From Candidatus Saccharimonadota bacterium (GTDB taxonomy: Bacteria > Pseudomonadota > Gammaproteobacteria > Enterobacterales > Enterobacteriaceae), in contig NZ_CP010048.1 of the NCBI RefSeq assembly GCF_000973505.1, positions 360,001 to 392,000 on the forward strand: 32,000 nucleotides of DNA. The letters are read 5' to 3'. The translations under genes and the position numbers were made by a program. Under the pieces are notes generated by a model. That model was given only the letters and a program-made list of their open reading frames with translations. It was not told the origin of the DNA and ran no database searches. Positions 9,296 through 19,666 of the stretch are shown here, one piece after another. How positions within the stretch are numbered: the stretch's first letter is position 1; every line of letters begins with the position of its first letter.

Positions 9296-10444
9296 TTAAA
9301 AAATTACATGTTTTCCGTTAACAATTGTCATAATAATTTTATATTCCTGTGTAAACGCAGTTAAATTTGCAATTTTATTCATTGATAAACTTCCTAATTT
9401 ATTATCCACTCCTATAGCTCGTGCTGGATATAACGTAGCCATTCGTAATGTTTCATATAATGTCAATCCTACAAATTTAACAGTATTACGTATAGCATCA
9501 ATCATAGTAAGCGATGAACCACTAAAAATTCCGTTTTGATCTAAACATACCCCATGTAAACAATTTATTTTTTTGTTTGAAAAAAGAAATTCTTTAATGT
9601 TATTGGCCCCTGCGGGGGCAGTACTGTCTGTACTGAGAATTAAATGATCTCCTTTTATATATTTTGCAATACGTATATTTGCCCAATTAACATGTAATCC
9701 ATCAGCAATAATACTACAATAAATTTCTGGTGTATCAAAAATTGCTCCCACAACACCTGGTTCACGTGCATTCAATAGTGACATGGCATTGAATAAATGA
9801 GTTGCACAACTAACACCAGCGTTGAAACTTTGTTTTGATTCTTGATATGTGGCGTTAGAATGTCCAATAGAAACGCAAATTCCGGATTTATTAAATTTCC
9901 GAATAATTGAATCTTTTACTTTTTCTGGAGCCAACGTAATTTTTACAATCACATCATGATTTTCACAAAGATAATTAACCATTGGTTTAGTTGGTTGCCT
10001 TATTAAATTGACATTATGAGTTCCGCTTTTTTGTGGGTTAAGATATGGTCCTTCTAAATGTAATCCTAAAATCTGATTTCTATTGTTTTTTAAAAAAAAA
10101 CGCACGGTATCAATTGCTTTTATCATGCAACTATTTGTCGTAGTAATCAATGTTGGTAAAAAGCTGGTACAACCAAATCGATGATTAGTTTTTTGCATTA
10201 TTTCTAATGTTTGTGTTGATAATGCGTTTTCACCATTGTTAAATTGAACGCCCCCACAACCATTCACTTGAAGATCAATAAAACCAGGTGACAGTATAGC
10301 GCCACATAAATTATATTGTTTAATCATTTTAGGTAATTTATGTTTGGGATAAATACCTTTGATTATTTCTTGATCAATAATAATGATATGTTGGTCTAAA
10401 ATTTCATTACTAGTGTATATTTGTGCATTAGTTAAAGCATACAT
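9296..10444 (-). CDS. nagA: N-acetylglucosamine-6-phosphate deacetylase
   Basis: 382-aa ORF, the same length as E. coli NagA. It has amidohydrolase motifs (GFIDLQVNGCGG, LHLEGPYLN, THLFNAM) and lies directly downstream of nagB. Confidence 0.93.
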   Translation of the reverse strand: MYALTNAQIYTSNEILDQHIIIIDQEIIKGIYPKHKLPKMIKQYNLCGAILSPGFIDLQVNGCGGVQFNNGENALSTQTLEIMQKTNHRFGCTSFLPTLITTTNSCMIKAIDTVRFFLKNNRNQILGLHLEGPYLNPQKSGTHNVNLIRQPTKPMVNYLCENHDVIVKITLAPEKVKDSIIRKFNKSGICVSIGHSNATYQESKQSFNAGVSCATHLFNAMSLLNAREPGVVGAIFDTPEIYCSIIADGLHVNWANIRIAKYIKGDHLILSTDSTAPAGANNIKEFLFSNKKINCLHGVCLDQNGIFSGSSLTMIDAIRNTVKFVGLTLYETLRMATLYPARAIGVDNKLGSLSMNKIANLTAFTQEYKIIMTIVNGKHVIF

Positions 10445-10491
10445 ATACGTAGTTATTAAAGGTCATTTTTCAGTTTAATATTAAGTTAATT

Positions 10492-11292
10492 TTAAATAAT
10501 AGATAAATGATGCATTTCTATTTTTTTAAAATATTTAATTGTTTTTATTTTTAGTTCTAACGTTGATGCTTCATCACATATCAAGGTGACTTTAGGATGT
10601 AATTGCAAACAACTAATAGTCCACATATGGTTCAAATTACCTTCTATGGCAGCTTGTACTGCTAACGCTTTATTTTCTCCAGTTACTAAAATAACAATTT
10701 CTTCTGAATCAAGTAATGTAGCAACTCCAATCGTCAAAGCGTATTTTGGTACATTATTCATGTCATTATTAAAAAAACGAGCATTTGCTAAACGAGTGTT
10801 AATAGTTAATGTTTTTATTCGAGTTCGTGAAGATAAAGAAGAACCTGGTTCATTAAAAGCAATGTGGCCATCTTCACCTACCCCCCCCATAAATAAATGA
10901 ATCTTTCCGTATGATTTAATTTTATTTTCGTAACGTTGACATTCATAATGAATATTTTCCACATCACCGTTTAACAAATTAATATTTTCTTTGGGAATAT
11001 TGATATAGTTTAAAAAATTTGAATGTATAAATGAACAATAGCTTTTGGGATGATCGGAAGATAAACCAACATACTCATCCATATTGAATGTTACTACATG
11101 TTTAAAACTAACTTGACCATTTTGATATCTTTTTATAAGATGCTGGTAAGTTTGGATTGGTGTTTCTCCAGTTGGCAACCCTAATACGAACGGATTCTTA
11201 ATGTTAGGATGAAAAGAATTAATTCGATTGGTAATATAATTCGCAGCCCATTGACTGACTTGTTCGGCAGTTTTCAGCAATATGACTCTCAT
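10492..11292 (-). CDS. nagB: Glucosamine-6-phosphate deaminase
   Basis: 266-aa ORF, the same length as E. coli NagB, with MRVILL...LGLPTGETP...FNMDEYVGL...[18 protein letters not shown]. Confidence 0.95.
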   Translation of the reverse strand: MRVILLKTAEQVSQWAANYITNRINSFHPNIKNPFVLGLPTGETPIQTYQHLIKRYQNGQVSFKHVVTFNMDEYVGLSSDHPKSYCSFIHSNFLNYINIPKENINLLNGDVENIHYECQRYENKIKSYGKIHLFMGGVGEDGHIAFNEPGSSLSSRTRIKTLTINTRLANARFFNNDMNNVPKYALTIGVATLLDSEEIVILVTGENKALAVQAAIEGNLNHMWTISCLQLHPKVTLICDEASTLELKIKTIKYFKKIEMHHLSII

Positions 11293-11437
11293 AAATATAT
11301 TTGATTTAATCGTCGAATATGTAGTAAATTATACCAATAAGTTCTATTAATTACGAATATTTCAGTAATCTAGTATGATTATAACATTCATTTGTTACTT
11401 CTGAAAGATATTTTTTTAATTACTAATTTTTTAAAGC

Positions 11438-13111
11438 ATGCGTGAAAACAAAAATAAAGAATGTGCAAAAAATTTTATTTATCAAATTATTGAAAATGAT
11501 TTAGTGTCTGGTAAATGTACTTTAGTTCGTACACGTTTTCCACCAGAACCTAATGGATATTTACATATTGGACATGCTAAGTCTATTTGTTTAAACTTTG
11601 GTCTTGCTCAAGATTACAAAGGTTACTGTAATTTGCGTTTTGATGATACTAATCCTACGAATAAACATGCAAAATATATTGAAGCTATTAAAAAAGACAT
11701 TAATTGGCTCGGATTTCAATGGAATGGTACTGTTCGTTACTCTTCTGATTATACTGAAATATTGTATTTGTATGCAATTAAACTTATTAAAAAAGGTTTA
11801 GCGTATGTAGATGAATTATCAAAAGCTCAAATACGAGAATATAGAGGAACATTGAAGGATCCTGGAAAAAATAGTCCATATCGTTCTCGAAGTATTCAAG
11901 AAAATTTGTTTTTATTTAATAAAATGAAAAATGGTATGTTTTCTGAAGGGGCTGCTTGCTTACGCGCGAAAATAAATATGTCTTCTTCTTTTATTGTCAT
12001 GAGAGATCCTGTTTTATATCGCATAAAATTTATTCAACATCATAAAACAGGTACAAAATGGTGTATTTATCCCACATATGATTTTACACATTGTATTTCT
12101 GATTCACTAGAAGGCATAACTCATTCTTTATGTACTTTAGAATTTCAAGATAATCGTCAATTATATAATTGGATATTAAAAAATATTGATATAAGTGTAC
12201 CTCCCCGTCAATATGAATTTGCTCGATTAAATTTAAAATATACTGTAACATCTAAACGATGTCTTAAATTATTAGTGGAAAAAAAAATTGTAGATGGCTG
12301 GGATGATCCTCGTATGCCAACTATTGCTGGTTTGCGACGCAGGGGATACACTGCATCTTCTATTCGAGAATTCTGTCATCGAATTGGTTTAACTAAACAG
12401 AACAATCAAATAGAAATTTCAACATTAGAATCGTGCATTCGTGATGAACTTAATGAATTAGCACCTCGTGTTATGGCAGTGATAAATCCAGTAAAAATTA
12501 TAATTAATAATTTACCAAAAGATTATAATGAAAAACTTTCAATGCCCAATCATCCTTATAAATCAGAAATGGGAACCAGAAATGTAATGTTTACCAGAGA
12601 AATTCTGATTGAGAAAAGTGATTTTAGAGAAAATATAACAAATAATGATCAACATTATAAAAGATTAGTATTAGGTGGGGAAGTGCGATTACGAAATTCC
12701 TACGTTATTAAGGCTGAACATATTGAAAAAAATATACAAGGAGAAATTATTGTTATTTACTGTACATGTGATCTAAAAACATTAAATAAACATCCTGATG
12801 ATAGAAAAATTAGGGGTGTTATTCATTGGGTGTCTGCTATTTATGGTATTTCAGCAGAATTTCGATTCTACGATAATTTATTTTTAGTTCCTAATCCATC
12901 CAATTGTAAGAATTTTCTAGAAAATATAAATCCTAATTCATTAACTGTTACTCATGGATTTGTTGAATCTCAAAATATTATTAATAACGCTAATATATCT
13001 TATCAGTTTGAAAGAATAGGGTACTTCCGTATTGATAATAGTTGCTTTCAATCTACTCATCCGATTTTTCATCAGATAGTAAGTTTACGAAATATATCAA
13101 ATCTTAAATAA
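11438..13111 (+). CDS. glnS: Glutaminyl-tRNA synthetase
   Basis: 557-aa ORF with [17 protein letters not shown] (HIGH) and [11 protein letters not shown] (the MSK-type motif). It is collinear with E. coli GlnS. Confidence 0.97.
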   Translation: MRENKNKECAKNFIYQIIENDLVSGKCTLVRTRFPPEPNGYLHIGHAKSICLNFGLAQDYKGYCNLRFDDTNPTNKHAKYIEAIKKDINWLGFQWNGTVRYSSDYTEILYLYAIKLIKKGLAYVDELSKAQIREYRGTLKDPGKNSPYRSRSIQENLFLFNKMKNGMFSEGAACLRAKINMSSSFIVMRDPVLYRIKFIQHHKTGTKWCIYPTYDFTHCISDSLEGITHSLCTLEFQDNRQLYNWILKNIDISVPPRQYEFARLNLKYTVTSKRCLKLLVEKKIVDGWDDPRMPTIAGLRRRGYTASSIREFCHRIGLTKQNNQIEISTLESCIRDELNELAPRVMAVINPVKIIINNLPKDYNEKLSMPNHPYKSEMGTRNVMFTREILIEKSDFRENITNNDQHYKRLVLGGEVRLRNSYVIKAEHIEKNIQGEIIVIYCTCDLKTLNKHPDDRKIRGVIHWVSAIYGISAEFRFYDNLFLVPNPSNCKNFLENINPNSLTVTHGFVESQNIINNANISYQFERIGYFRIDNSCFQSTHPIFHQIVSLRNISNLK

Positions 13112-13327
13112 CATTAATTCATAGCATATTACTTATATACTAAAACTAAAATTGTAGTTATACTATTGACCTATACGTTAATTATAAACGATATATTTTG
13201 AATTTACATTTAACGTACGGTAATGACTACTAATTATATAGTTCATAATTACAAACATGTAAATAATTATAATTGTTAAAATTATTTAATTTTTTATATT
13301 AAAAATTATAATTTTACGTTCTAATTT

Positions 13328-13849
13328 TTAATCATTATTTAAACGCAGTTCTTTAAAAATTTGCTTCACCCAAAATTTTATACGTTTTGAAGTCATTTCT
13401 GGTTGTCGATCTTCATCAATAGCTAAACCCACAAAATTATTATTTATGACGCTTTTAGAAGATTTAAAATGATATCCATGAATTGGCCAATGTCCAATAG
13501 AAATACCTCTATTTAATTTTATTATTGTATATAAAATAAACATTGCATCGCAAAAATATTCAGAATAATCTTCCTGATCACCACATCCAAAAAGTGCTAT
13601 TGTTTTTCTAGAAAAATCAATTTCTTTTAAAATTGGAAGAAAGTCATCCCAATCACATTGAGGTTCACCATAATACCAAGTGGGTATTCCAAAAAGCAAT
13701 TTATCATATTTTTCTAAATCTTCTTTGGTACTTTTAAGAATATCAAAAACATCAGCAATATGTTCTCCTATTTCTTTTTGAATCATACTAGCAACGTTTT
13801 CTGTATTTCCAGTGTCACTACCAAAAAATATACCTATTCTTGCCGCCAT
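13328..13849 (-). CDS. fldA: Flavodoxin I
   Basis: 173-aa ORF with IGIFFGSDTGNTENVA...GIPTWYYGEPQCDWDDF...LFGCGDQEDYSEYFCDA...VGLAIDEDRQPE. It is near-collinear with E. coli FldA. Confidence 0.95.
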   Translation of the reverse strand: MAARIGIFFGSDTGNTENVASMIQKEIGEHIADVFDILKSTKEDLEKYDKLLFGIPTWYYGEPQCDWDDFLPILKEIDFSRKTIALFGCGDQEDYSEYFCDAMFILYTIIKLNRGISIGHWPIHGYHFKSSKSVINNNFVGLAIDEDRQPEMTSKRIKFWVKQIFKELRLNND

Positions 13850-14055
13850 AAATATTCAATCCTTACAATAATGGAATATTGTATATAATAATACATTATT
13901 AAATATTAATTACATCAATTTTTCATATTTTGATGTTAATAATGAAGAAAATAATATTTTTATTTAAATTATTTAAAATTTATTTTTATAGAAAATATTT
14001 TGTATTAAAAACATAATTAATACAATTAAAACATATATTTATTATATGGTTTATG

Positions 14056-14819
14056 CTATTTTAACAAAAAATCATCAATAATACTTACAACAGAATCTTT
14101 TTGTTCAATATGCACCCAATGACCAGATTGCACGATATGAATAAGAGATTTTGGAAATTGTTGATATATTTCACAATAATGATGATATTTTATATATGGA
14201 GAATATCGACCGGCAATGAATAGAACATCCCCCAGCCACGGATTATACTTTTCCCATGAATTTAGCGCTGAATAATTTTTTTGAATGCTATCGATATTAA
14301 AAATCCATTGTCCTGTTCTGAATGATTTTAACAAAAAAAAATTGTTTTTTGATCATGAATAAATTTATTCATTAAAATAAACGCTTCATTTTTTGATGTG
14401 ATATGTGATTTTGTAACAGAATTAATTGCTAGAAAAATATTGTTATTCTGATTTGTAGCGTACGTTGTTGGCGCTATATCCATTATTATTATCTTAATAA
14501 CATGATTTTTCAATAACATAGGTAAAGTCATAGCAACTTTTCCTCCCATAGAATGTCCTATTACTATACATTTCTTTATATTCAAATCATCTAATAAACA
14601 TAAAATATCTTGCGCCATTATTTTATAATTCATTATAAAACTATGCGGAGATTGTCCATGATTTCTTAAATCAACTTGTAGCGTATTATATTTTTTTATA
14701 TTAAATTCTTTCGCTAAAGTATTAAAATTATTTAAATTTCCAAACAAACCATGTATAAATATTATAGACGGTTGAGAGTCTTTGAAATCCGTATTTAATC
14801 GATAGTTTAATTTCTTCAT
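14056..14819 (-). pseudogene. ybfF: Alpha/beta-hydrolase esterase YbfF, reading frame broken inside a poly(T)9 tract (coding strand). Either a pseudogene or a slippage-dependent gene.
   Basis: Two adjacent ORF-track fragments together cover E. coli YbfF (254 aa) end to end. Fragment 14328..14819 (163 aa) has IIFIHGLFGN and the GHSMGG nucleophile elbow. Fragment 14056..14334 (92 aa) has LLKSFRTGQWIFN and SGHWVHIEQ with the catalytic His. The junction is aca att ttt ttt tgt taa. One extra T would read TIFFLLKSF, matching E. coli VIQFLLKSF, and give 254 aa. Confidence 0.85.
14333..14341 (-). repeat. 9-nt homopolymer (A9 on the plus strand, T9 on the coding strand) at the ybfF frameshift site
   Basis: Counted directly: ttttaacAAAAAAAAAttg. 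Confidence 0.9.
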
Positions 14820-15117
14820 TGTTTTTTTAATGTCTAAATCAAATAAATTTTGACCAGCTGAACCATGAAACGCAAATTGCGCAATATAACATGCAAAAAT
14901 TTTATCACCAAAACGATTGTTTTATTAAAAATATAATATACATCGAATACTTTGTTTATTAATTAATTGTAACCATTATAATTAATAAATAATGTCAACA
15001 CAAAAATATAATGTATAATATTTTATATTATCATATTTATCATGGTTTACTATCATGTACTTTAAATATTATTACAGTATGCAAAACTAATACTATACTC
15101 AACACAAGGATTGACCA

Positions 15118-16773
15118 ATGACTGATTGTCAACATGCAGGTCATCATAAAAATAACTATACTGATGTTTCTCAATTAATACATAAATATTTCGAATTAAT
15201 ACCTAATCCTAATGATTTTTTTCAAAAAGTCAAATTTGGTACATCAGGACATCGTGGAACATCTGAAAACTATACATTTAATGAAGCACATGTTCTGTCT
15301 GTCACGCAAGCTATTGCGCAACAAAGACGACAAGAAGGCATTCTTGGTCCATGTTATCTTGGTAAAGATACTCATGCTTTGTCTGAAGTTGCATTTATTT
15401 CTGTACTTGAAGTTTTATCTGCCAACAAAATACATGTTATTACACAAGGATATGATGTATACACACCCAGCCCAATAATAGCTCACGCTATTCTAAATTA
15501 CAATAAAAATCGACACAGTCAATCTTTAAAAGCCGATGGAATAGTAGTTACATCTTCTCATAACCCTCCTGGTGATGGTGGAATAAAATATTATTCACAT
15601 TACGGAGGTATAGCGGATACACGTATCACTAATATGATTGAAAAATATGCTAATTCACTGTTATTAAATAATTTACGGGGTGTATATCGTTTGACATTAA
15701 GCCAGGCGTGGCGTAGTGATTATATTCATCTTTTAGATTTTACACAAGAATACATTAAAGGATTGGTGAATATAATTAATATGCAATGTATTCGAGAATC
15801 TAAAGTCAAACTAGGTATAGATCCAATGGGTGGCACTGGTATTGATTGTTGGAGTCGAATCGCTCAATGTTACAAGTTAGACATAACATTAATTAATGAT
15901 ACTATTGATTCAACATTCCATTTTATACCTCCAAATCGTGATGGTATAATTCGTATAGATTGTTCTTCTGAAGAAATAATGAAAAATCTATTAAAAATCT
16001 GTAATAAATATGATTTAATTTTTGCTAATGATCCTGATTGCGACAGATATGCTATAATTACTCCCCAAGGATTTATAAATGCAAATAACTACCTAGTTAT
16101 AGCAATTAATTTTTTGTTTAAAAATAGGCCAAATTGGAATATAAAATTGGGAATTGGAAAAACTTTAGTATCTAGTACAATAATTAACCAAATCTCTAAA
16201 AAACTTAACCGTCATTTAGTAGAAAAACCAGTAGGTTTTAAATGGTTTGTTAAAAGTTTATTTCAAGGTATGTTGGGGTTTGTCGGAGAAGAAAGTGCTG
16301 GAGGGGTATTTTTACAATTCAATTCTGCACCATGGTCCACAGATAAAGATGGTATCATTATGTGTTTATTAGCAGCAGAAATTTTTTCATCTACTGAAAA
16401 GACGCTTCAAGATCATTATAATCGATTAATTAAAGATCTTTCTTTTTTAAGTTATACCTGCATACAAATACCTATCTCTTATTCCACGTATGCAAAAATT
16501 TTTGATGCATTTATTTCAGGAAAAATGTTACATATTCGTGAATTAGCCGATGATCGTATCATAAAAATCATCCAAATAATAAACAATACGCCAACAGGAT
16601 TAATAGTTGATGGGATAAAATTTATAACAAAAAACGGATGGGTTGCTATTAGAAATTCTGGCACAGAAAAAGTATGTAAAATTTATTGCGAAAGTTTTTT
16701 AGACGACAAACATAGAAAAAAAATTGAAAATTCAATATATGAAAATTTAGCCTGTTTGTCTATTCAAATTTAA
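15118..16773 (+). CDS. pgm: Phosphoglucomutase
   Basis: 551-aa ORF with the phosphoserine loop VTSSHNPPGDGGIKY, the metal-binding FANDPDCDR and the sugar loop GEESAGG. An AAGGA Shine-Dalgarno-like motif lies upstream. Confidence 0.95.
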   Translation: MTDCQHAGHHKNNYTDVSQLIHKYFELIPNPNDFFQKVKFGTSGHRGTSENYTFNEAHVLSVTQAIAQQRRQEGILGPCYLGKDTHALSEVAFISVLEVLSANKIHVITQGYDVYTPSPIIAHAILNYNKNRHSQSLKADGIVVTSSHNPPGDGGIKYYSHYGGIADTRITNMIEKYANSLLLNNLRGVYRLTLSQAWRSDYIHLLDFTQEYIKGLVNIINMQCIRESKVKLGIDPMGGTGIDCWSRIAQCYKLDITLINDTIDSTFHFIPPNRDGIIRIDCSSEEIMKNLLKICNKYDLIFANDPDCDRYAIITPQGFINANNYLVIAINFLFKNRPNWNIKLGIGKTLVSSTIINQISKKLNRHLVEKPVGFKWFVKSLFQGMLGFVGEESAGGVFLQFNSAPWSTDKDGIIMCLLAAEIFSSTEKTLQDHYNRLIKDLSFLSYTCIQIPISYSTYAKIFDAFISGKMLHIRELADDRIIKIIQIINNTPTGLIVDGIKFITKNGWVAIRNSGTEKVCKIYCESFLDDKHRKKIENSIYENLACLSIQI

Positions 16774-16937
16774 CTAAATTTATGAATTTATAAACACTTT
16801 CTGAGCTGAATACAATACTTAATACTATATAATATATTGTAATATGTTATAATATGTACCATAATACAGTATTAGTTAATATTCCTCTACAAACTACAAA
16901 TAAATATACTACTAATGTTAGTTAATTTTTATCAAAA

Positions 16938-18254
16938 TTATAGTAATGCTGACCTATGACTAAAAAAATTTCTTTCTTTACAACCATTATACAGCTGTCT
17001 TGGACGAATCAATTTTACCCCCTCTTCAGTTTCATCATACATTTCTTTCCAATGTGCAATCCATCCAACGGTTCGTGCAACAGCAAAAATTACAGTAAAC
17101 ATTACGGGAGGAATCCCCATTGCAGTTAATGTCAAACCAGAATAAAAATCTATGTTTGGATATAACTTACGTTCAATAAAATATTGATCATGCAGTGCAA
17201 TTTTTTCTAATTCCATAGCTATCAAAAATAAATTAAATAATTTGTCGGAAACTTTCACTTTTTGCAATATTTCACAACAAGTCTCACGCATAACAAGAGC
17301 ACGAGGATCATAATTTCTATAAATTCTATGACCAAAACCAATTAATCGAAATGGGTCATGTTTATCTTTAGCTCTTTTAATAAATTTTGGAATGTTTTCT
17401 ACTTTATCAATCATTTCTAACATATGTAGACATGCTTCATTGGCACCACCATGCGCTCCTCCACCCAAAGCAGAAATTCCAGCTGCAATACAAGAAAATG
17501 GATTGGCACCTGAAGAACCTACCATACGTACTGTAGATGTAGAAACATTTTGTTCATGATCCGCATGTAAAATTAGAATTTTATTCATCACTTTTTCTAA
17601 TACAACTTTGTCATCCGAGTTATATTTCTTATTAATAAGCATATTTAAAAAATTTGCAGCATAAGAAAGATCATTCCTTGAATAGATAAAGTTCTCGTTT
17701 TTCAAATATTGATTACATATTGCAGCTAAAATTGGCATTTTAGCAATTAATTGGCAAGCAATTATATTCCTATTTTTTTTTACGCTAATATCTAAAGAAC
17801 TATAAAAAGCACCTAATGCGTTAACCGCATTGGCAATCATTACCATTGGATGCGATTTGTCATAAAAACTATACAACATATGTTTAATTTTGTCATGAAT
17901 GGTATTATTTTTAGCAATGATATTACAAAAAATTTTATGTTCTTTATCTGAGGGTATATCTCCATATAATAAAATATAACATACTTCTAAGTATGTAGAT
18001 TGTTTAACCAATTGATCAATTGGAAATCCTCTATAAAGAAGTGTTCCTTTTTCACCGTTAATATAAGTGATTTTAGATTTGCAAAATGCAGTAGATGTCA
18101 GTCCAGTATCAATCATACAATAGCCATGTTTTTGCAATTTGCCAATGTTAATTTGTTTCTCCCCCATGCTGCCAGGAATAACATCCAATTCAGTAGTAAA
18201 ATTATCATGTTTTGCGATAAATGTTACTGTGTTATTATTGAAATCATCCACCAT
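16938..18254 (-). CDS. gltA: Type II citrate synthase
   Basis: 438-aa ORF with ILHADHEQNVSTSTVR, GGAHGGANEA, GFGHRIYRNYDPRA and ARTVGWIAHW. It lies divergent from sdhC as in E. coli. Confidence 0.97.
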   Translation of the reverse strand: MVDDFNNNTVTFIAKHDNFTTELDVIPGSMGEKQINIGKLQKHGYCMIDTGLTSTAFCKSKITYINGEKGTLLYRGFPIDQLVKQSTYLEVCYILLYGDIPSDKEHKIFCNIIAKNNTIHDKIKHMLYSFYDKSHPMVMIANAVNALGAFYSSLDISVKKNRNIIACQLIAKMPILAAICNQYLKNENFIYSRNDLSYAANFLNMLINKKYNSDDKVVLEKVMNKILILHADHEQNVSTSTVRMVGSSGANPFSCIAAGISALGGGAHGGANEACLHMLEMIDKVENIPKFIKRAKDKHDPFRLIGFGHRIYRNYDPRALVMRETCCEILQKVKVSDKLFNLFLIAMELEKIALHDQYFIERKLYPNIDFYSGLTLTAMGIPPVMFTVIFAVARTVGWIAHWKEMYDETEEGVKLIRPRQLYNGCKERNFFSHRSALL

Positions 18255-18924
18255 TAATTATTTTTATCCCAAATACTTGTTTGAATAACTTGAATTACAA
18301 AAAAACCTAACAATTAATACAATTAATACACATGATAGTATCTAAAATTATCAAATTTCATATTAGCACGTTATAAATACACTATAACTGATATACTATA
18401 TCAAAGTATTCTTTAAAACAACTCCAACATTTTTATATCTTATTAACAATAAGTAAATCCGTTATATCTTAACATTTAAATCTACTAATTAATAGCAAAT
18501 TATTTTTTCAAACAAACAATATGAAATTAAAGATACTTAAATAAATGGCACATCCTAAATGAAATTTCACAATTAAAAAATATAAATTTCTAATTTATTT
18601 GCCCAATACTATTGAATTAATATATTATTAACATATAAAATATAACTTTGGATATAAATAAACAATATAATTATATTGGTACTATATTATTACTTTACTA
18701 CTTTACAATGTTGTTATTATAGCAAAAAAAATTTTTGCATTAATTACTCAAAAAAGTTCGCGAGGTTGTTACAATTTACAATATACATAGAAATATTACT
18801 CATAATTTTAATGCACACAAAGAAATCTAAAATAGTAAAAAGATTTGCGTTGATTAAAAAAACATATACAACAAAATATATAATAAACAGTATTTACAAA
18901 TTAATTACACAGTTACAAACTAAA

Positions 18925-19317
18925 ATGATTAAAAAATATAAACCAATAATTGATTTAAATCTAAAAAATATTAAATTTCCACTAACTGCAATTGCATCTA
19001 TTAGTCATAGAATTTCTGGTGCAATTATGTTTGCAATAGTGGGTTTGTTATTGTTAATTCTAAAATTATCCCTTATATCTACAGAAAATTTTTATCAAAT
19101 AAAATTGATGATAAATAATTATTTTATTAAATTTTTAATTTGGAATATGTTGATTTTTTTTATTTACCATTTCATAAATGGTGTTCGACACATTATTGTA
19201 GATTGTGGGTATTTAAATAAAAAAATAACAATAGCTACAAAAAGTGCACAAATAGTCTTTTTATTAACAATCATTGTATCTATTTTAATTGGATTATTAT
19301 TATGCGAAATATTTTAA
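18925..19317 (+). CDS. sdhC: Succinate dehydrogenase cytochrome b556 subunit
   Basis: From the internal ATG at 18925 the product MIKKYKPIIDLNLKNIKFPLTAIASISHRISGAIMF... aligns from residue 1 with E. coli SdhC (MIRNVKKQRPVNLDLQTIRFPITAIASILHRVSG) and gives 130 aa. The ORF-track version (18676, TTG start) adds 83 unmatched residues. Confidence 0.85.
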   Translation: MIKKYKPIIDLNLKNIKFPLTAIASISHRISGAIMFAIVGLLLLILKLSLISTENFYQIKLMINNYFIKFLIWNMLIFFIYHFINGVRHIIVDCGYLNKKITIATKSAQIVFLLTIIVSILIGLLLCEIF

Positions 19318-19658
19318 TAACATTGAAAAAATTAAAATGGAACGCTACTTATGAATGGTTAACAGTTCGATGTTCTGCTGTGCTTATCCTTATATATATT
19401 ATTTATTTACTATGGTTTTTTTCTAGTGTTGATTTTCTTACTTACGAACTGTGGCGTGCTTTTTTTTCAAAAAAATTAACTAAAACTTTTAATTTTTTTG
19501 CTTTATTTGCTCTTTTGATACACAGTTGGATTGGAATATCACACATTTTGGTAGATTATGTTAAAAATTCAATATTATATGGTACTTTGAGACTAATTAC
19601 TCTTATAATATTTTTTATGTATTTTCTCTGTGGCATGAATTTAATATGGAGTATATAA
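19302..19658 (+). CDS. sdhD: Succinate dehydrogenase hydrophobic membrane anchor subunit
   Basis: 118-aa ORF with three hydrophobic helices. [10 protein letters not shown]...[17 protein letters not shown] parallels E. coli SdhD (LTYEVWIGFF...LIHAWIGMWQVLTDYVK). It overlaps the sdhC 3' end by 16 nt. Confidence 0.85.
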   Translation: MRNILITLKKLKWNATYEWLTVRCSAVLILIYIIYLLWFFSSVDFLTYELWRAFFSKKLTKTFNFFALFALLIHSWIGISHILVDYVKNSILYGTLRLITLIIFFMYFLCGMNLIWSI

Positions 19659-19666
19659 TTATAATT

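Noticed and set aside
10586-10900. 104-aa plus-strand ORF inside nagB
   Set aside because: It is antisense to a full-length, motif-complete nagB, so it is a shadow ORF.
11598-11801. Same-strand out-of-frame ORFs inside glnS (11598..11801) and inside pgm (15212..15478)
   Set aside because: They are alternative frames of strongly supported genes. They are low-complexity, and there is no evidence for overlapping coding.
14001-14024. 8-bp AT-only inverted repeat tgtattaa/ttaataca just downstream of ybfF, plus similar AT hairpins after pgm and ybeY, considered as terminators
   Set aside because: The stems are pure A:T and lack adjacent T tracts, so they cannot be distinguished from background in spacers this AT-rich.
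14877-14886. Perfect 10-bp palindrome ATTGCGCAAT inside a slightly GC-richer block (about 14848-14925) of the ybfF-pgm divergent spacer, considered as a possible operator
   Set aside because: A 10-bp palindrome is expected by chance many times in 32 kb. I have no knowledge of a regulator with this site in this context, and I cannot assess conservation here.
14866-14937. 23-codon plus-strand ORF (MKRKLRNITCKNFITKTIVLLKI) at the position where seqA sits in E. coli, considered as a seqA remnant
   Set aside because: It has no resemblance to the SeqA N-terminus as I recall it. It is too short and of too low complexity to call.
16479-16664. Antisense ORFs in pgm (16479..16664), gltA (18000..18257), sdhA (20731..20997), sucA (24064..24276) and tolB (31681..31884), plus an out-of-frame ORF spanning the sdhA/sdhB junction (21318..21572)
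   Set aside because: All are embedded in, and explained by, the conserved genes on the opposite strand or in another frame. None has a recognisable domain.
18676-18924. Taking the full ORF-track extents as the gene models: 213-aa sdhC, 959-aa sucA from the TTG at 22395, and 598-aa sdhA from 19646
   Set aside because: In each case an internal ATG gives an N-terminus that aligns from residue 1 with the E. coli protein. The upstream extensions have no counterpart. The sdhC extension is kept only as a low-interest observation.
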